NCBI GenBank assembly: GCA_963803435.1
Contig: CAWDML010000002.1
Coordinates: forward strand, 64,001-128,000
Reading direction: 5' to 3'
Length of the DNA: 64,000 bases
Source: an uncultured delta proteobacterium
Lineage (GTDB): Bacteria; Myxococcota; Kuafuiibacteriia; Kuafuiibacteriales; Kuafuiibacteriaceae
The notes under the pieces are model-generated. The model saw nothing but the letters and a program-made list of their open reading frames with translations, did no database searches and was not told the origin of the DNA. A program made the position numbers and the translations under genes. Of the stretch, positions 35,485-45,799 are shown one piece after another (position 1 is the stretch's first letter; every line of letters starts with the position of its first letter).

Positions 35485-37742
35485 GACCACAGGATCCGAC
35501 CCAAGAAGTACACGATCCGCTTGTAGAGCGCCTCCCGCATCCGCGGGTCGGCCACCTGATGCGTCAGGCCGACCAGCGGCAACAGCTCGAAGGGCCGGTT
35601 GGCGCGGAAGAGGGCGTCGGCCAGCTGGAGCGTGTGGGCGAAGTAGACGTTGTCGTCCGCGATCCCGTGGATCAGCATCAGCGGGCGATCCAGGCCCTTG
35701 GCGTAAGTCATCAGGTTGGCCTGGTCGTACGCGCTCCGGTTGTGCTCGGGCGTGCCCAGGTACCGCTCGGTGTAGTGCGTGTCGTAATAGGTCCAGTCGG
35801 CCACCGGTGCGCCCGCCACCGCGACCTTGAAGACGTCGGGTCGCTTCAGCACCGAGAGCGCCGCCAGGTAGCCGCCGAACGACCAGCCGTAGACGCCGAC
35901 CCGCGCCAGGTCGAGCTCCGGATAGCTCTCGGCCAGCGCGCGCAGCCCGGTCACCTGATCCTCGAGCGGGAGATCGCCGAAGCGCTCCTTGAGCGCGCGC
36001 TCGAACGCACGACCGCGGCGGGGCGTGCCGCGCCCGTCGATGCTGACCACCACGAAGCCGTGGTCCGCGATCCACTGGTGCATGAGATAGGCTGCCAGGG
36101 TGTCCTTCACCACCTGGTGACCCGGACCGCCGTACACGTAGACGACCACCGGATACTTCTTCTTCGGCTCGAAGCGGTGCGGCCGCACGATCGCCGCGTA
36201 GAAGCCGCCGGCCCGCTCGCTCGCCACCAGCTCCACGTTGAGCTGGGTCTCGGGCTCCTTGGCGCGCGCCCCGATCTCGTTCTTCTGCTTCTTGTGGTCG
36301 GACTCGACCTTGGCCACCGGGCCGTCGAGCTCGTCCACGCGGTGCACGGTGGTGCGCGGCAGCTCACCCAGGGTGGCGCGCGTGAGCGCGAAGGTGGAGC
36401 CGTCCGAGGAGAAGACCGCCTGGTGCTCGCCGCCCTCCGGCGAGATCCGCTCGGGCGTCCCGCCCTGGAGCGAGGTCCGGTAGAGATGAACCTGGCGTGG
36501 ATCCAGTCCGCCGAGGAACCAGATGAGCTCGCGCTTGGTGTCGACGTACACCAGCGACGAGAAGCCGGCCTCCGGCGGGACGACCACCTTCTTGTCGACC
36601 GTCTTCTTGCCCACGGTGTGGAGCTCGAGCCGCTTGTCGCCGCCCTCCTCGCTGGCCCACAGGTAGCTCTTCCCGTCGGGGAGCCAGCGCGGCGTGCTGT
36701 CGGAGAGGTTGAGCCAGGCGGGGTCCCGCTCCGCGACCAGTGTGGAGGTCTTGCCGGTCTTCGGATCGATCCTGAGATAGAGCTGCGATCGCTGATCGCG
36801 CGACTGCACCAGGATCGTGGGGCCGTTCGTCTTCGGCCAGACGGCGCGCGCCAGATACGGATACTCCTTGCGATCCCACTTCACCTGGACCGCCTGCTTG
36901 CCGTCGGCGCGGACCAGCGTGAGGCGGACCGTGGCGTTGCCGCGTCCGGCGCGCGGATAGGGGAAGGTCAGCGGCGGCTGCTCGGGTCGCGCCGCATCCG
37001 CGATGGTGAAGCGATCGAGCCCGCTGTAGTCGTTCGACTGGTAGAGCAGCGCGTCGCCCTCCGGAGACCACCAGTAGCCCTGGTAGCGGCTCATCTCCTC
37101 CTGCGCCACGAACTCGGCGACGCCGTGCGGCGCCATCGGCGTGCCGTTCTCGGTGATCGCCGTGATCTCGCCCTTGAGGCGGCCGGCCTTGGTGTGCTTC
37201 TCGAGCGCCATCACGTACAGGTTGCTATTGCGGACGAACGCGATCCGATCGCCGCGCGGCGAGAGCCGGGGGTCGAGGATGTCGCCTTCCGGGATCGCCA
37301 CCTCGAACGACTTGCGGCTGGCGCGGTCGTACACGTAGACGCGCCCGGAGAGCTTGACGACGATCCGCTGCCCGTCGGGCGTGAGCGTGAACGCCGTGAA
37401 GCCTCCAGTCTTGATCCGCTGTCGCTCGCGCTCCGCCTTCTCGGCGGCGGACAGCTCCTCGCGCTTGCCGCCCAGCAGGATCTCCGTGGAGAGCAGCAAG
37501 CGCTCCTCTCCGGAGGAGACCTCGTACTCGTACAGATCGGCGTTGGGATCCTTGGCGCCGCTCCTCAGAAACAGCACCGCGCTTCCATCCGGGACCAGCC
37601 GGAAGTGGAAGGGACGACCGAGCGTGAAGTTCTGTGTCACCGCCATCTCCTCGAGCACGGAGGGATCCGGTTCCATCGGGGGCTTGATCTGCATGGCTAA
37701 CACCGCGGCGAACGGGAGGAGCACCGCCGACGGTTGTACCAA
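35481..37742 (-). CDS. S9B dipeptidyl-peptidase IV
   Basis: AEFVAQEEM, VYGGP, GWSFGG, YDTHYTERY and HGIADDNV; start approximate. Confidence 0.92.
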   Translation of the reverse strand: MVQPSAVLLPFAAVLAMQIKPPMEPDPSVLEEMAVTQNFTLGRPFHFRLVPDGSAVLFLRSGAKDPNADLYEYEVSSGEERLLLSTEILLGGKREELSAAEKAERERQRIKTGGFTAFTLTPDGQRIVVKLSGRVYVYDRASRKSFEVAIPEGDILDPRLSPRGDRIAFVRNSNLYVMALEKHTKAGRLKGEITAITENGTPMAPHGVAEFVAQEEMSRYQGYWWSPEGDALLYQSNDYSGLDRFTIADAARPEQPPLTFPYPRAGRGNATVRLTLVRADGKQAVQVKWDRKEYPYLARAVWPKTNGPTILVQSRDQRSQLYLRIDPKTGKTSTLVAERDPAWLNLSDSTPRWLPDGKSYLWASEEGGDKRLELHTVGKKTVDKKVVVPPEAGFSSLVYVDTKRELIWFLGGLDPRQVHLYRTSLQGGTPERISPEGGEHQAVFSSDGSTFALTRATLGELPRTTVHRVDELDGPVAKVESDHKKQKNEIGARAKEPETQLNVELVASERAGGFYAAIVRPHRFEPKKKYPVVVYVYGGPGHQVVKDTLAAYLMHQWIADHGFVVVSIDGRGTPRRGRAFERALKERFGDLPLEDQVTGLRALAESYPELDLARVGVYGWSFGGYLAALSVLKRPDVFKVAVAGAPVADWTYYDTHYTERYLGTPEHNRSAYDQANLMTYAKGLDRPLMLIHGIADDNVYFAHTLQLADALFRANRPFELLPLVGLTHQVADPRMREALYKRIVYFLGRILWS

Positions 37743-37744
37743 AC

Positions 37745-38773
37745 TCAGGAGAGACCGGCGAACGAGACCCAGTTGAACACGAAGCGGTCGCGACCCTCGC
37801 TCTTGGCCTGATAGAGCGCCGCGTCCGCGCGCGCAAGGAGATCGCGGGGCTCCTCGCGGAGCCCGAGGACGGCCCCTCCGATGCTGACCGTGAGGGGGAA
37901 CGGCTGTCCGTCGACCTCGGCGGGGCACTCTCGGATGGCGTGGATGATCCGCCGCGCCGCCTGCTCGGCCCCGTCCCGTCCGGTGTTGGGGAGGAGGGCG
38001 ACGAACTCTTCCCCACCGTATCGCGCCACCAGGTCGACCTCGCGCGTCACGCCCCCCAGCCGCCGGGCGACGTGCTCGAGGACCTCGTCGCCGGCGGCGT
38101 GGCCGTGGCGATCGTTGACCTGCTTGAAGTGATCGAGATCCGCCATCAACAGGGTCAGGGGGACCGCGTAGCGGTGGGCCCGATCGACCTCCTCTTTGAG
38201 GCGCTCGGCTAGATGCTGGCGGTTGAACAGCCCCGTCAGCGGGTCGGTGATCGCCATCCGGTACAGGCGCGCGTTCTCGACGTCGAGGACGACGGAGTTG
38301 GCCAGGAAGGACAGCAGCTCCTCGTGCTCCTTGGTGAACCAGCCCTTGGTGGGGTGTGTGGAGCAGATGCAACCGATCGCCTGACCGCGGATGACCAGCG
38401 GGATGGCGAGCAGCGAGCGGATGATCCGGTTCTGGTGCACGAACGCGATGAACCGCGGGTCCTCGGCGGTGTCCGGGATCAGCGCGGTCTCGGCGTTCGC
38501 GATCACCCACCCTGCGACGCCCTCACCGCTCTTGAAGGCGATCTCGCCGCGCTCCTTGGGGGTCAGCCCCTGGGCGGCGCTGCAGAGGAGCCGCTCCCGG
38601 TGGCGATCGAGGAGGAGGACGCTGGTGGTCTCGGCGGCGAGCAGGATCGTGGTCTCGCGGCAGATGGTCTCGAGCAGGACCGACAGCTCGACCCCGCGGT
38701 TCATGACCTGGTTGAGCTCGGAAATGCAGCGGTAGAAGCGCGCGAGGTCCATCGGCTGACTCGCAGGCATCAT
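37745..38773 (-). CDS. GAF-GGDEF diguanylate cyclase
   Basis: DPLTGLFN, DLDHFKQVND, RxxD I-site (REVD) and RYGGEEF. Confidence 0.93.
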   Translation of the reverse strand: MMPASQPMDLARFYRCISELNQVMNRGVELSVLLETICRETTILLAAETTSVLLLDRHRERLLCSAAQGLTPKERGEIAFKSGEGVAGWVIANAETALIPDTAEDPRFIAFVHQNRIIRSLLAIPLVIRGQAIGCICSTHPTKGWFTKEHEELLSFLANSVVLDVENARLYRMAITDPLTGLFNRQHLAERLKEEVDRAHRYAVPLTLLMADLDHFKQVNDRHGHAAGDEVLEHVARRLGGVTREVDLVARYGGEEFVALLPNTGRDGAEQAARRIIHAIRECPAEVDGQPFPLTVSIGGAVLGLREEPRDLLARADAALYQAKSEGRDRFVFNWVSFAGLS

Positions 38774-38843
38774 GCGCGGTGCAGTGTACGGGCGCTGCAG
38801 TTGGATGTGGTAGACATTCCTCTCCGCTCCTACGTCATACGAC

Positions 38844-39968
38844 TTAGGGACTAACGCTATGCCCGCGCCGAATCTTCCCGGTCAACAGCAAGGCCGGCGG
38901 GAGAGCCAGCGCGACGCTCGGCCCGATCGACTGGGCCACGAAGCCCATGAGGTGCAGCCAGGTCAGCAGCACCAGCGCGATCGCGTGCGCGAGCAGGTAG
39001 ACCTGGATCCGAACAGACCAGCGCGGCCAGAGCTTCCGCCGGGCGCCGATCGCGACCCCGAGGTGGGTCATCGGCAGGACCACGACGTTCCAGTTGTGCC
39101 GCGTGAAGTCGTAGTCGGTCGGCGCCCACAAGAGGAAAACGGCGATCCCGAGCAGTCCGATCAGGAGGCCGAACACGATCGCACCGATCCGGGGCCGCCA
39201 CCCGATGAGGAGGCACAGCGGCGCGAGGACGAAGAGGTAGACGTGGATCCAGGGCCAGGTCCAGCGCGCGTTCTCGTCGATGTGCTTCGACCGGTAGACG
39301 TCCACGGTCTCGCGCACCAGCGGCCGGCCGTCGATCTTGGCGTCGTCGAGGAGCGCGTCGAAGCGCGCCGGTAGGAAAGCCGACTCCCAGACCGTCATGC
39401 GCCGGTCGGTGGCACCGGCGATCGCCAGGTCCACCGCGACGGCCCACAGCCCGTTGCGGCGGATGGCGCCCAGGGCTTCGTCGCGGAAGGTGACGCTGGT
39501 GTAGCGGGTGCGCGCGTCGTGGGAGAGCGCACCGTCGAGCGCGCGATCGATCTCGGCGGCCACGCGCGTCACGCAGTTGTCCTTGAAGTGGTGATAGACG
39601 TAGCGCTGGCGCTGTCCGGCCCGCTGGTAGTTTGCAAGGTGGCTTGCGATCGACTCCGCTTGCTCAGGGGTGAGGTCGAGGACGCGGCGGGTGAGCGTGC
39701 GGTCCTCCTCGACGTAGGTGCGCGCGGTGGCCTCGTACGTGCTCACGCCGACGAACGCCTCCACCTCTCCGCGCAGCATCCGCAGGAAGAAGTCTCCGGA
39801 GAAGTCGACGCTCCCAAAGTTGTAGACGAGATCGCCCCGGAGCGGATCGACCACGCGGATCGCGGAGTGCCCCCAGAACGAGTAGAGGTACGGGCCGGGC
39901 CCCATCGTGATGACCTCGATGCGCGGCGCGGCGGCCAGCGAGAGGAGCAAGGCCGCCCCGACGAGCAT
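38844..39968 (-). CDS. DUF4105 (Lnb-like) membrane protein
   Basis: MGPG, WGHSAIRV, YNFG and YxxxxDNC motifs with C-terminal TM helices. Confidence 0.85.
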   Translation of the reverse strand: MLVGAALLLSLAAAPRIEVITMGPGPYLYSFWGHSAIRVVDPLRGDLVYNFGSVDFSGDFFLRMLRGEVEAFVGVSTYEATARTYVEEDRTLTRRVLDLTPEQAESIASHLANYQRAGQRQRYVYHHFKDNCVTRVAAEIDRALDGALSHDARTRYTSVTFRDEALGAIRRNGLWAVAVDLAIAGATDRRMTVWESAFLPARFDALLDDAKIDGRPLVRETVDVYRSKHIDENARWTWPWIHVYLFVLAPLCLLIGWRPRIGAIVFGLLIGLLGIAVFLLWAPTDYDFTRHNWNVVVLPMTHLGVAIGARRKLWPRWSVRIQVYLLAHAIALVLLTWLHLMGFVAQSIGPSVALALPPALLLTGKIRRGHSVSP

Positions 39969-39999
39969 CGCTCTGTTTTATCTGGTAAGTCTGCCGTTG

Positions 40000-40977
40000 G
40001 TGAATGCCGAAGCGCTGGCGGCCTTCCTGAAGGCCCGGCTGTCGTCGGATCGGACGCGGGACGACTGGCGCCGGGTTCTCGAGGGGGCGTGGGAACACCT
40101 GCTGAGCGTGCCGCTGGAGACATTCCTCGGCTCCGAGGTCGACGCGGTGGTGGAGGCCCACCTGACGCGGGAGCGGATCGTCGATGCAGTGCGGCCGGGC
40201 ATCCGCCTGTGGCTCGAGAGCACGCTCGTGGAGGCGCGCAAGGATGACCGTCCGATCGGGCGGTGGGTGCCCGCCGAGGCGAAGGCGAAGATGCTGGAGC
40301 TGGCCTCGAGGAAGGGGTTCGTCGATCCGCGCTGGGTCGAGCACATCTTTCAGCAGAAGGCGATGGAGGATGTCATCACCGACACGCTCTATCAGTCGCT
40401 GCGCGACTTCTCGACGATCATCCCGAGGCTGGTCGCGAGTCTGACGCCGTCGATCCTCGGGCGGATCGCCAGCATCGGCACCAGCGTCGGCTCGAAGATC
40501 GTCGACGAGATCGAGCGGCGGCTCGAGCCCGAGATCCGGAAGTTTCTCGACAAGGGCGGGCGCAAGGCCCTCGACGGCGCGGCGCGGTTCACGATCGATC
40601 ACCTGGACGATCCGGTGTCGATCGAGGCCCGCAAGAACACGGTCCTCTTCGCGCTGGCGCAGAGCCCTGCCTTTCACGTGGCGCACCTCGACGACGAGAT
40701 GGTCACGGCGATCGACGAGATCGCGGAGGCGATCGCGCTGTCGGTCGCAGACGATCCCGAGACCCGGGCGATCGCGAAGTCCGTGCTCGATCGCCTCCGT
40801 CAGACGCACGGCCCGGCGCCGGTCCGCGCCTGGCTCGAGGTCATCGGCCTGCGGGCGGCCCCACCGTTCGAGGCGTGGGCGGCGGTGAGCTGGCCGTACC
40901 TGAAGACGATCCTGGCCTCGCCGGCGTGCGAGGCGTTCCTCGACCAGCTGGCCGAGGAGGCTGTCGCCGGGTCCTGA
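40000..40977 (+). CDS. Hypothetical helical protein
   Basis: Long GC3-biased ORF. Confidence 0.7.
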   Translation: MNAEALAAFLKARLSSDRTRDDWRRVLEGAWEHLLSVPLETFLGSEVDAVVEAHLTRERIVDAVRPGIRLWLESTLVEARKDDRPIGRWVPAEAKAKMLELASRKGFVDPRWVEHIFQQKAMEDVITDTLYQSLRDFSTIIPRLVASLTPSILGRIASIGTSVGSKIVDEIERRLEPEIRKFLDKGGRKALDGAARFTIDHLDDPVSIEARKNTVLFALAQSPAFHVAHLDDEMVTAIDEIAEAIALSVADDPETRAIAKSVLDRLRQTHGPAPVRAWLEVIGLRAAPPFEAWAAVSWPYLKTILASPACEAFLDQLAEEAVAGS

Positions 40978-41175
40978 CGTCCGATCTTGGAGATACGCCC
41001 CAAGATCGATCCGGTTTCACTCGGCGCGCGTACGCCCATGAACAGCGTGCGGTCGGAGGCAGTCGTGGAGACCCTGACGAATGAATCGTCGCCGCGACTT
41101 GCGCGGCCCGCGCGCCGATCTGGGCGTCCAGCGCCCCCGCTGGCGCTCGGGTTTTTGCGCTGCTACGGTCCGCCC

Positions 41176-41760
41176 GTGGCGCGGGCGGGGAAGGTCGTGA
41201 GTGAGGCCCTGGCCCCCGAGGATCCCGAGGACGATGCGCGCTTGATCCAGGCCGCGGCCCAGGGGGATCAGGCCGCCGTCGCGGCGCTCTACGACCGCTA
41301 CGCCCCGCTCCTGTCGGCCCTCGGCCACCGGATCCTCGGCAACCCCCGCGAGGTGGAGGACTTGCTGCACGACGTGTTCATCGAGGCCTGGCGGCGCGCC
41401 AAGGACTACGACGCGTCCCGCGGGACCGTCCGGGCCTGGCTGGTGATGCGGATGCGGAGCCGGGCGCTCGATCGGGTCCGCGCCGCCGGGAGGGCCAAGG
41501 TGGTGCTTCAGGAGGAGGGACAGCTGCCAGAGCGCGAGGCGCCGGACGATCCCTCGTTCATCCCGGATCGCGCGCGCGTCCGGGAGGCCGTGGCGAGGCT
41601 CCCCGACGACGTGCGGGTCGTGCTCGAGCTGGGCTACTTCCAGGGGATGACGTCGTCGGAGATCGCGAAGGCCATCTCCGTCCCGATCGGCACCGTGAAG
41701 TCGCGCGTCGCGCGAGGCCTGCAGCTGTTGCGCACCGTGATGCGAGGCGACGAGCCATGA
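41176..41760 (+). CDS. ECF RNA polymerase sigma factor
   Basis: EDLLHDVFIEAWR and EIAKAISVPIGTVKSRVARG. Confidence 0.92.
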   Translation: MARAGKVVSEALAPEDPEDDARLIQAAAQGDQAAVAALYDRYAPLLSALGHRILGNPREVEDLLHDVFIEAWRRAKDYDASRGTVRAWLVMRMRSRALDRVRAAGRAKVVLQEEGQLPEREAPDDPSFIPDRARVREAVARLPDDVRVVLELGYFQGMTSSEIAKAISVPIGTVKSRVARGLQLLRTVMRGDEP

Positions 41761-42368
41761 GTGATCGAGCGCTCGACCTCCTTCCCGAGTATCTGCTCGG
41801 TACCCTCGACGAGCGCACCACCGCCGAGGTCGAGCGTGCGCTGGACGCGTCGCCCGAGCTGGTGGAAGAGCTGCGCTCGATCAGCGCCGCCTTCGAGTCG
41901 TTCGCGACGTCGCTCCCGCCGATCGCGCCGAGGACGGAGACCAAGCAACGCTTGCTCGCCACGATGTCGGAGAACCGCTTCCTCCCTTTCGTCGACGAGC
42001 TCGCGCGCTACTTCGATCTTGCGGTGGACCGGATGAAGACGGTCCTCCGAATGATCGATGATCCTGCGGCGTGGGGGCCGGGGCCGACGGCGGGGATCGA
42101 TCTCATCCACTTCGACGGTGGGGCGAACGCGTTCGCCGCGGACACGGGCTTCGTTCGGTTCCCGGCCGGGTTCGAGTTCCCGATGCACGTGCACCACGGC
42201 CCGGAGCTCAGCTATGTGCTGGAGGGGCGCATCATCGACGACGGGGGCGCCGTCTACGTGCCCGGCGACGCGATGATCAAAGCGGCGGGGTCGCGCCACT
42301 CCCTCCGGGTCGGGTCCGAGCGGGACTGCGTCATCGCCATCGCGCACGTGAGCTACGACTTCGTGTGA
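41757..42368 (+). CDS. Anti-sigma factor with a C-terminal ChrR-like cupin
   Basis: LLPEYLLGTL anti-sigma start and PMHVHHGPE cupin motif; coupled to the ECF gene. Confidence 0.85.
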   Translation: MSDRALDLLPEYLLGTLDERTTAEVERALDASPELVEELRSISAAFESFATSLPPIAPRTETKQRLLATMSENRFLPFVDELARYFDLAVDRMKTVLRMIDDPAAWGPGPTAGIDLIHFDGGANAFAADTGFVRFPAGFEFPMHVHHGPELSYVLEGRIIDDGGAVYVPGDAMIKAAGSRHSLRVGSERDCVIAIAHVSYDFV

Positions 42369-42485
42369 TCGGCCGCGTGCAGGCGGCCGGCTGCGGAGTC
42401 GGGGGCAGCGGGCTGCACGGGTGTTTCACAAGTCGCTGGAATCACTCGGACCAGCGTTGGCCCGCGCCGTGCTCATGCACCGGGC

Positions 42486-42683
42486 ATGAACGCGAGGAGA
42501 AGCCTCTTCTCGGTGGTCTTGGTCGTGTGCCTGATCATCGCAGGCTTTGCTCTCGCCGCGAGCAAGAGCAGCAGGATCGCCGAGGAGCGCGAGAACACGG
42601 GGTGGTCGGCGCGGGAGCTACCGCACGACTGGGTGTGGAGGAAGAAGGCAGTGACCTTCGATGACATGTACATGAAACGCTGA
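42486..42683 (+). CDS. Small exported/membrane protein
   Basis: 65 aa with a signal-like hydrophobic N-terminus. Confidence 0.5.
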   Translation: MNARRSLFSVVLVVCLIIAGFALAASKSSRIAEERENTGWSARELPHDWVWRKKAVTFDDMYMKR

Positions 42684-42726
42684 GCTGCCTGGTACAACGC
42701 GCACGTCCGGCTCTATCATCCGCGCC

Positions 42727-45700
42727 GTGACGCGGTGGAAGAAGATCCTTCTCTGCATCCTCGGCGGCGTCCTGCTGGTGGTCCTCTTGATCGCCTCGCA
42801 GGTCGTCTGCCTCACCGCCTGGATTGGATACGGTGTGCTCGTTCCGCAGTGTCCCGAGGGCGAGATGAAGCTGGGCGCGACGCTCGAGGCGTCCGGCCTC
42901 CGCCGTGGGGACTGGGGCAACGTCCAGATCGGAGCCAACGCGAACTACACCACCGGTGCGTCCGACGAGGCGCAGGTGGGCGCGGTCCGCAGGGTCACGC
43001 CGCAGCTGTTCCTGCTCGAGGGCGAAGAGAAGGTACCGCTCGTCCCCGAGAAAGGCTGGGAGACCACCTACGACGAGCAGAAGGCCGGCCGGATCATGCT
43101 CCCGAAGGCGCTCGCCGACGGAGAGTACCGCCTGCGCGCAGAGATCGAGACGCCGCTCGGAGAGGGCAGCGTCGAGGCGCCGCTCCTGGTGTTCGCCCCG
43201 GCCGTCGTCCACGTCATCACCGATCGCCCGCTCTACGAGCCGGGCAACTCGATGCGCTTTCGCTCGGTGGTGCTCCGCGCGCGCGATCTGAGCCCGCTCG
43301 ACGGACGCCCCGGCCGCTGGGTCGTCACCGATCCGAACGGTGAGGTCGTGCTCGAGGAGAAGGTGGCGGCCGGCGAGTACGGCGTGGCGGCCGGCGACTT
43401 TCCGCTGGACGAGGCCGCCGCCACCGGGACCTGGCACGTGCGCTGGGAGTCGGGGGCTGCCTCCGACGAGGTCGCGGTGGAGGTGAAGCCGTTCACGCTC
43501 CCGCGCTTCGCGGTGGAGGCGGCGCCGGTGAAGTCGTCCTACGGGCCGCACGAGCGGCCGCGCCTCCGCGGGCATGTGACTTACAGCTCGGGCGCGCCGG
43601 TCACAGACGCGAACGTCCAGATCACCTGGTCGGTGTCGGGGGCGTGGCCGCCGCCGGCGGACTGGATGGCCGGCGGGCTGCCCACGCGCGCGAACACCGG
43701 CGTCAACGGCGAGTTCGAGGTGCTGCTCCCCGAGGTGCCCAAGGATCTCCAGGGCCGTGCCACGCTGCTGGCGCGTCTGGCCGCCATCGATCCGGCCGGA
43801 GATCGGGTCGAGGGGGCGGCCGCGATCTCTGCTCTCCGAGGACGCGATCCTGGTCGACTCGGTGACCGAGTTCGGAGGCGGCCTGGCGGGGGGGTTCAAC
43901 AACCGCGTCTTTTTGCGCGTGGCGACCCCGGCCGGTTCGGTCTTGCCCAACACGAAGCTCCTGGTGAAGCGGACCTGGGATCCCTCGGACGAGGGCGCTG
44001 AGGCGGTCACCGACGAGGACGGGGTCGCCGTGCTCCAGATCGACCCAGGGCCGGCGGCGAACGTGGTGGTGCCTCCGATACCGGTGCGGGCGCCGCCGCG
44101 TCCGCCGGTGATCGAACGGACCGGGGTACAGGAGCTGATCTCGAACGATGCGCCCCGGCTCGCCGATCAGGTCGCGCTGGACGCGGTCAACGGCGCGCTC
44201 GAACCCTGCGCGCGATTCGTGTCGGGGAGCTCGGACAACGCCGCCGTCTCGGTCTGGGTGGACCCGTCGGGCGCGGTGCGGGGTGCGACGGGCTCGAAGT
44301 CTTCGCTGGCGCGATGCTTTGCGCGCGTATTCACCGGCCAGCGGTTCCGCCCGGGACGGGAGCGGATCTATCAGCTCAACTATCGCGTGAACTCGGACCT
44401 CCCGAGCGTGCAGTACGAGGTCACGTCGACGTACGGCGAGCCGGCCCGCTTCAACGCGGTGCTCTCGGACGCGCTGCTCGACGCGCGCACCTGCCTCCCC
44501 GAGGACGTCGAGGAGGCGTCGTTCCCGCACTTGTTGATGTTCCGCATCGAGGGGGATCGTCTGGAGACGCGCTGGACGCCGGATCGCGAGCTCGACACGG
44601 TGGTTCCGGCCAAGATCACTGCGTGCGTCGAGGAGCATCTGGCCAAGCTGTCGCTGGCGCCTCGCCCCCGCGGCGACGACGAGGACGAGGCCGGCGAGGT
44701 CGACGCGGTGTTCGGCTTCGCGCGCATGACGCTGCAGCCGTCGCCGCGATACCAGTCCTACCAGCCGCAGGAGACGGTGATGCTCGGGTACGAGATGACC
44801 GTGGCGGCGCAGGCGAAGGATGGCGAGGAGCTCGGCCACACGAAGGTGCGCTATGCACCGGGTGAGGTGCCGGACCTTCGGCTGCGCCCGTCGAAGGTGC
44901 TGGCGGATCCAGGGGAGCAGATCGAGCTCACGTTCATCCGCGGACCCAACTTCGTCGGTGAGCTGCCCAAGAAGCTCTATCTCAATCACGAGCAGCGGCA
45001 GATCGAGTCGGAGGTGAACGAGAAGACCAGGACCGCTCAGTTCAAGCTGCCGGCGGAGCTCGACGGCTGGTACGAGTCGAGCTGGGGCGGCGCGCGCGCG
45101 CTGATCTACGTGCGGCCGCGATCGCAGCTCTCCGTCACGGTGGCGCCGGATCGCCCGCGTTATCGACCGCGCGACAAGGCCGAGCTCACGGTGAAGACGG
45201 TGGCCGGCGATCATCCGACCGAGGCGGCGGTGACGCTGATCGGCGTGGATCAGAGCCTCGCGCAGCTGGTGGCGCTGCCGGGTCCCGACGATGTCGCGCG
45301 GGTCCGGCCCAAGGTGACGATGTCCCAGCCGGCGTTCGGCGTGCTCGACGCGGAGGCCCTGGCGCTGGGCCGCATCATGGGGAAGAACGCGGCGGCGGCG
45401 ACCATCCTGCAGGTGCAGTCGATCCCGACGCCTGCGGACTACGACTCCTACGTGAGCTCGAGCGGCGCGACCACCTTCGATCCGATCGAGACGCTCACCG
45501 ATCACTTCTACGTGGTGCTCGCGGAGCTCCACGTCCAGGTGCGGGACTGGGAGAAGAACGCGCCCGCGGACGAGGTCATGCGGCCGGCCAAGATGGCGGA
45601 GATGTGGAGGGCCGCGCTCAAGGCGTGCACGCAGCGGGGCGATGCGGTGACGGATGCATTCGGCCGCGAGCTGACGCTCGATCGACTGCCCGAGGATCTC

Positions 45701-45799
45701 CTGCAGCTGACCGCGCCGCGCGCAGTGGTGATCGAGGGGACCCGGCTCGGCGAGGACGTCGAGAACTGGAGCGAGTGGGTGAGGAGGAACCGCCCGTGA
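42727..45799 (+). CDS. Alpha-2-macroglobulin-like protein, N-terminal half (MG domains), frameshifted near 43830
   Basis: TDRPLYEPG, VKPFTLPRF and PDRPRYRP...VDQSL; two overlapping frames. Confidence 0.8.

Noticed and set aside
43820-43840. Programmed frameshift in the A2M gene
   Set aside because: No slippery heptamer; similar single-base lesions elsewhere (near 56760, 49475, 55878) point to consensus error or recent mutation
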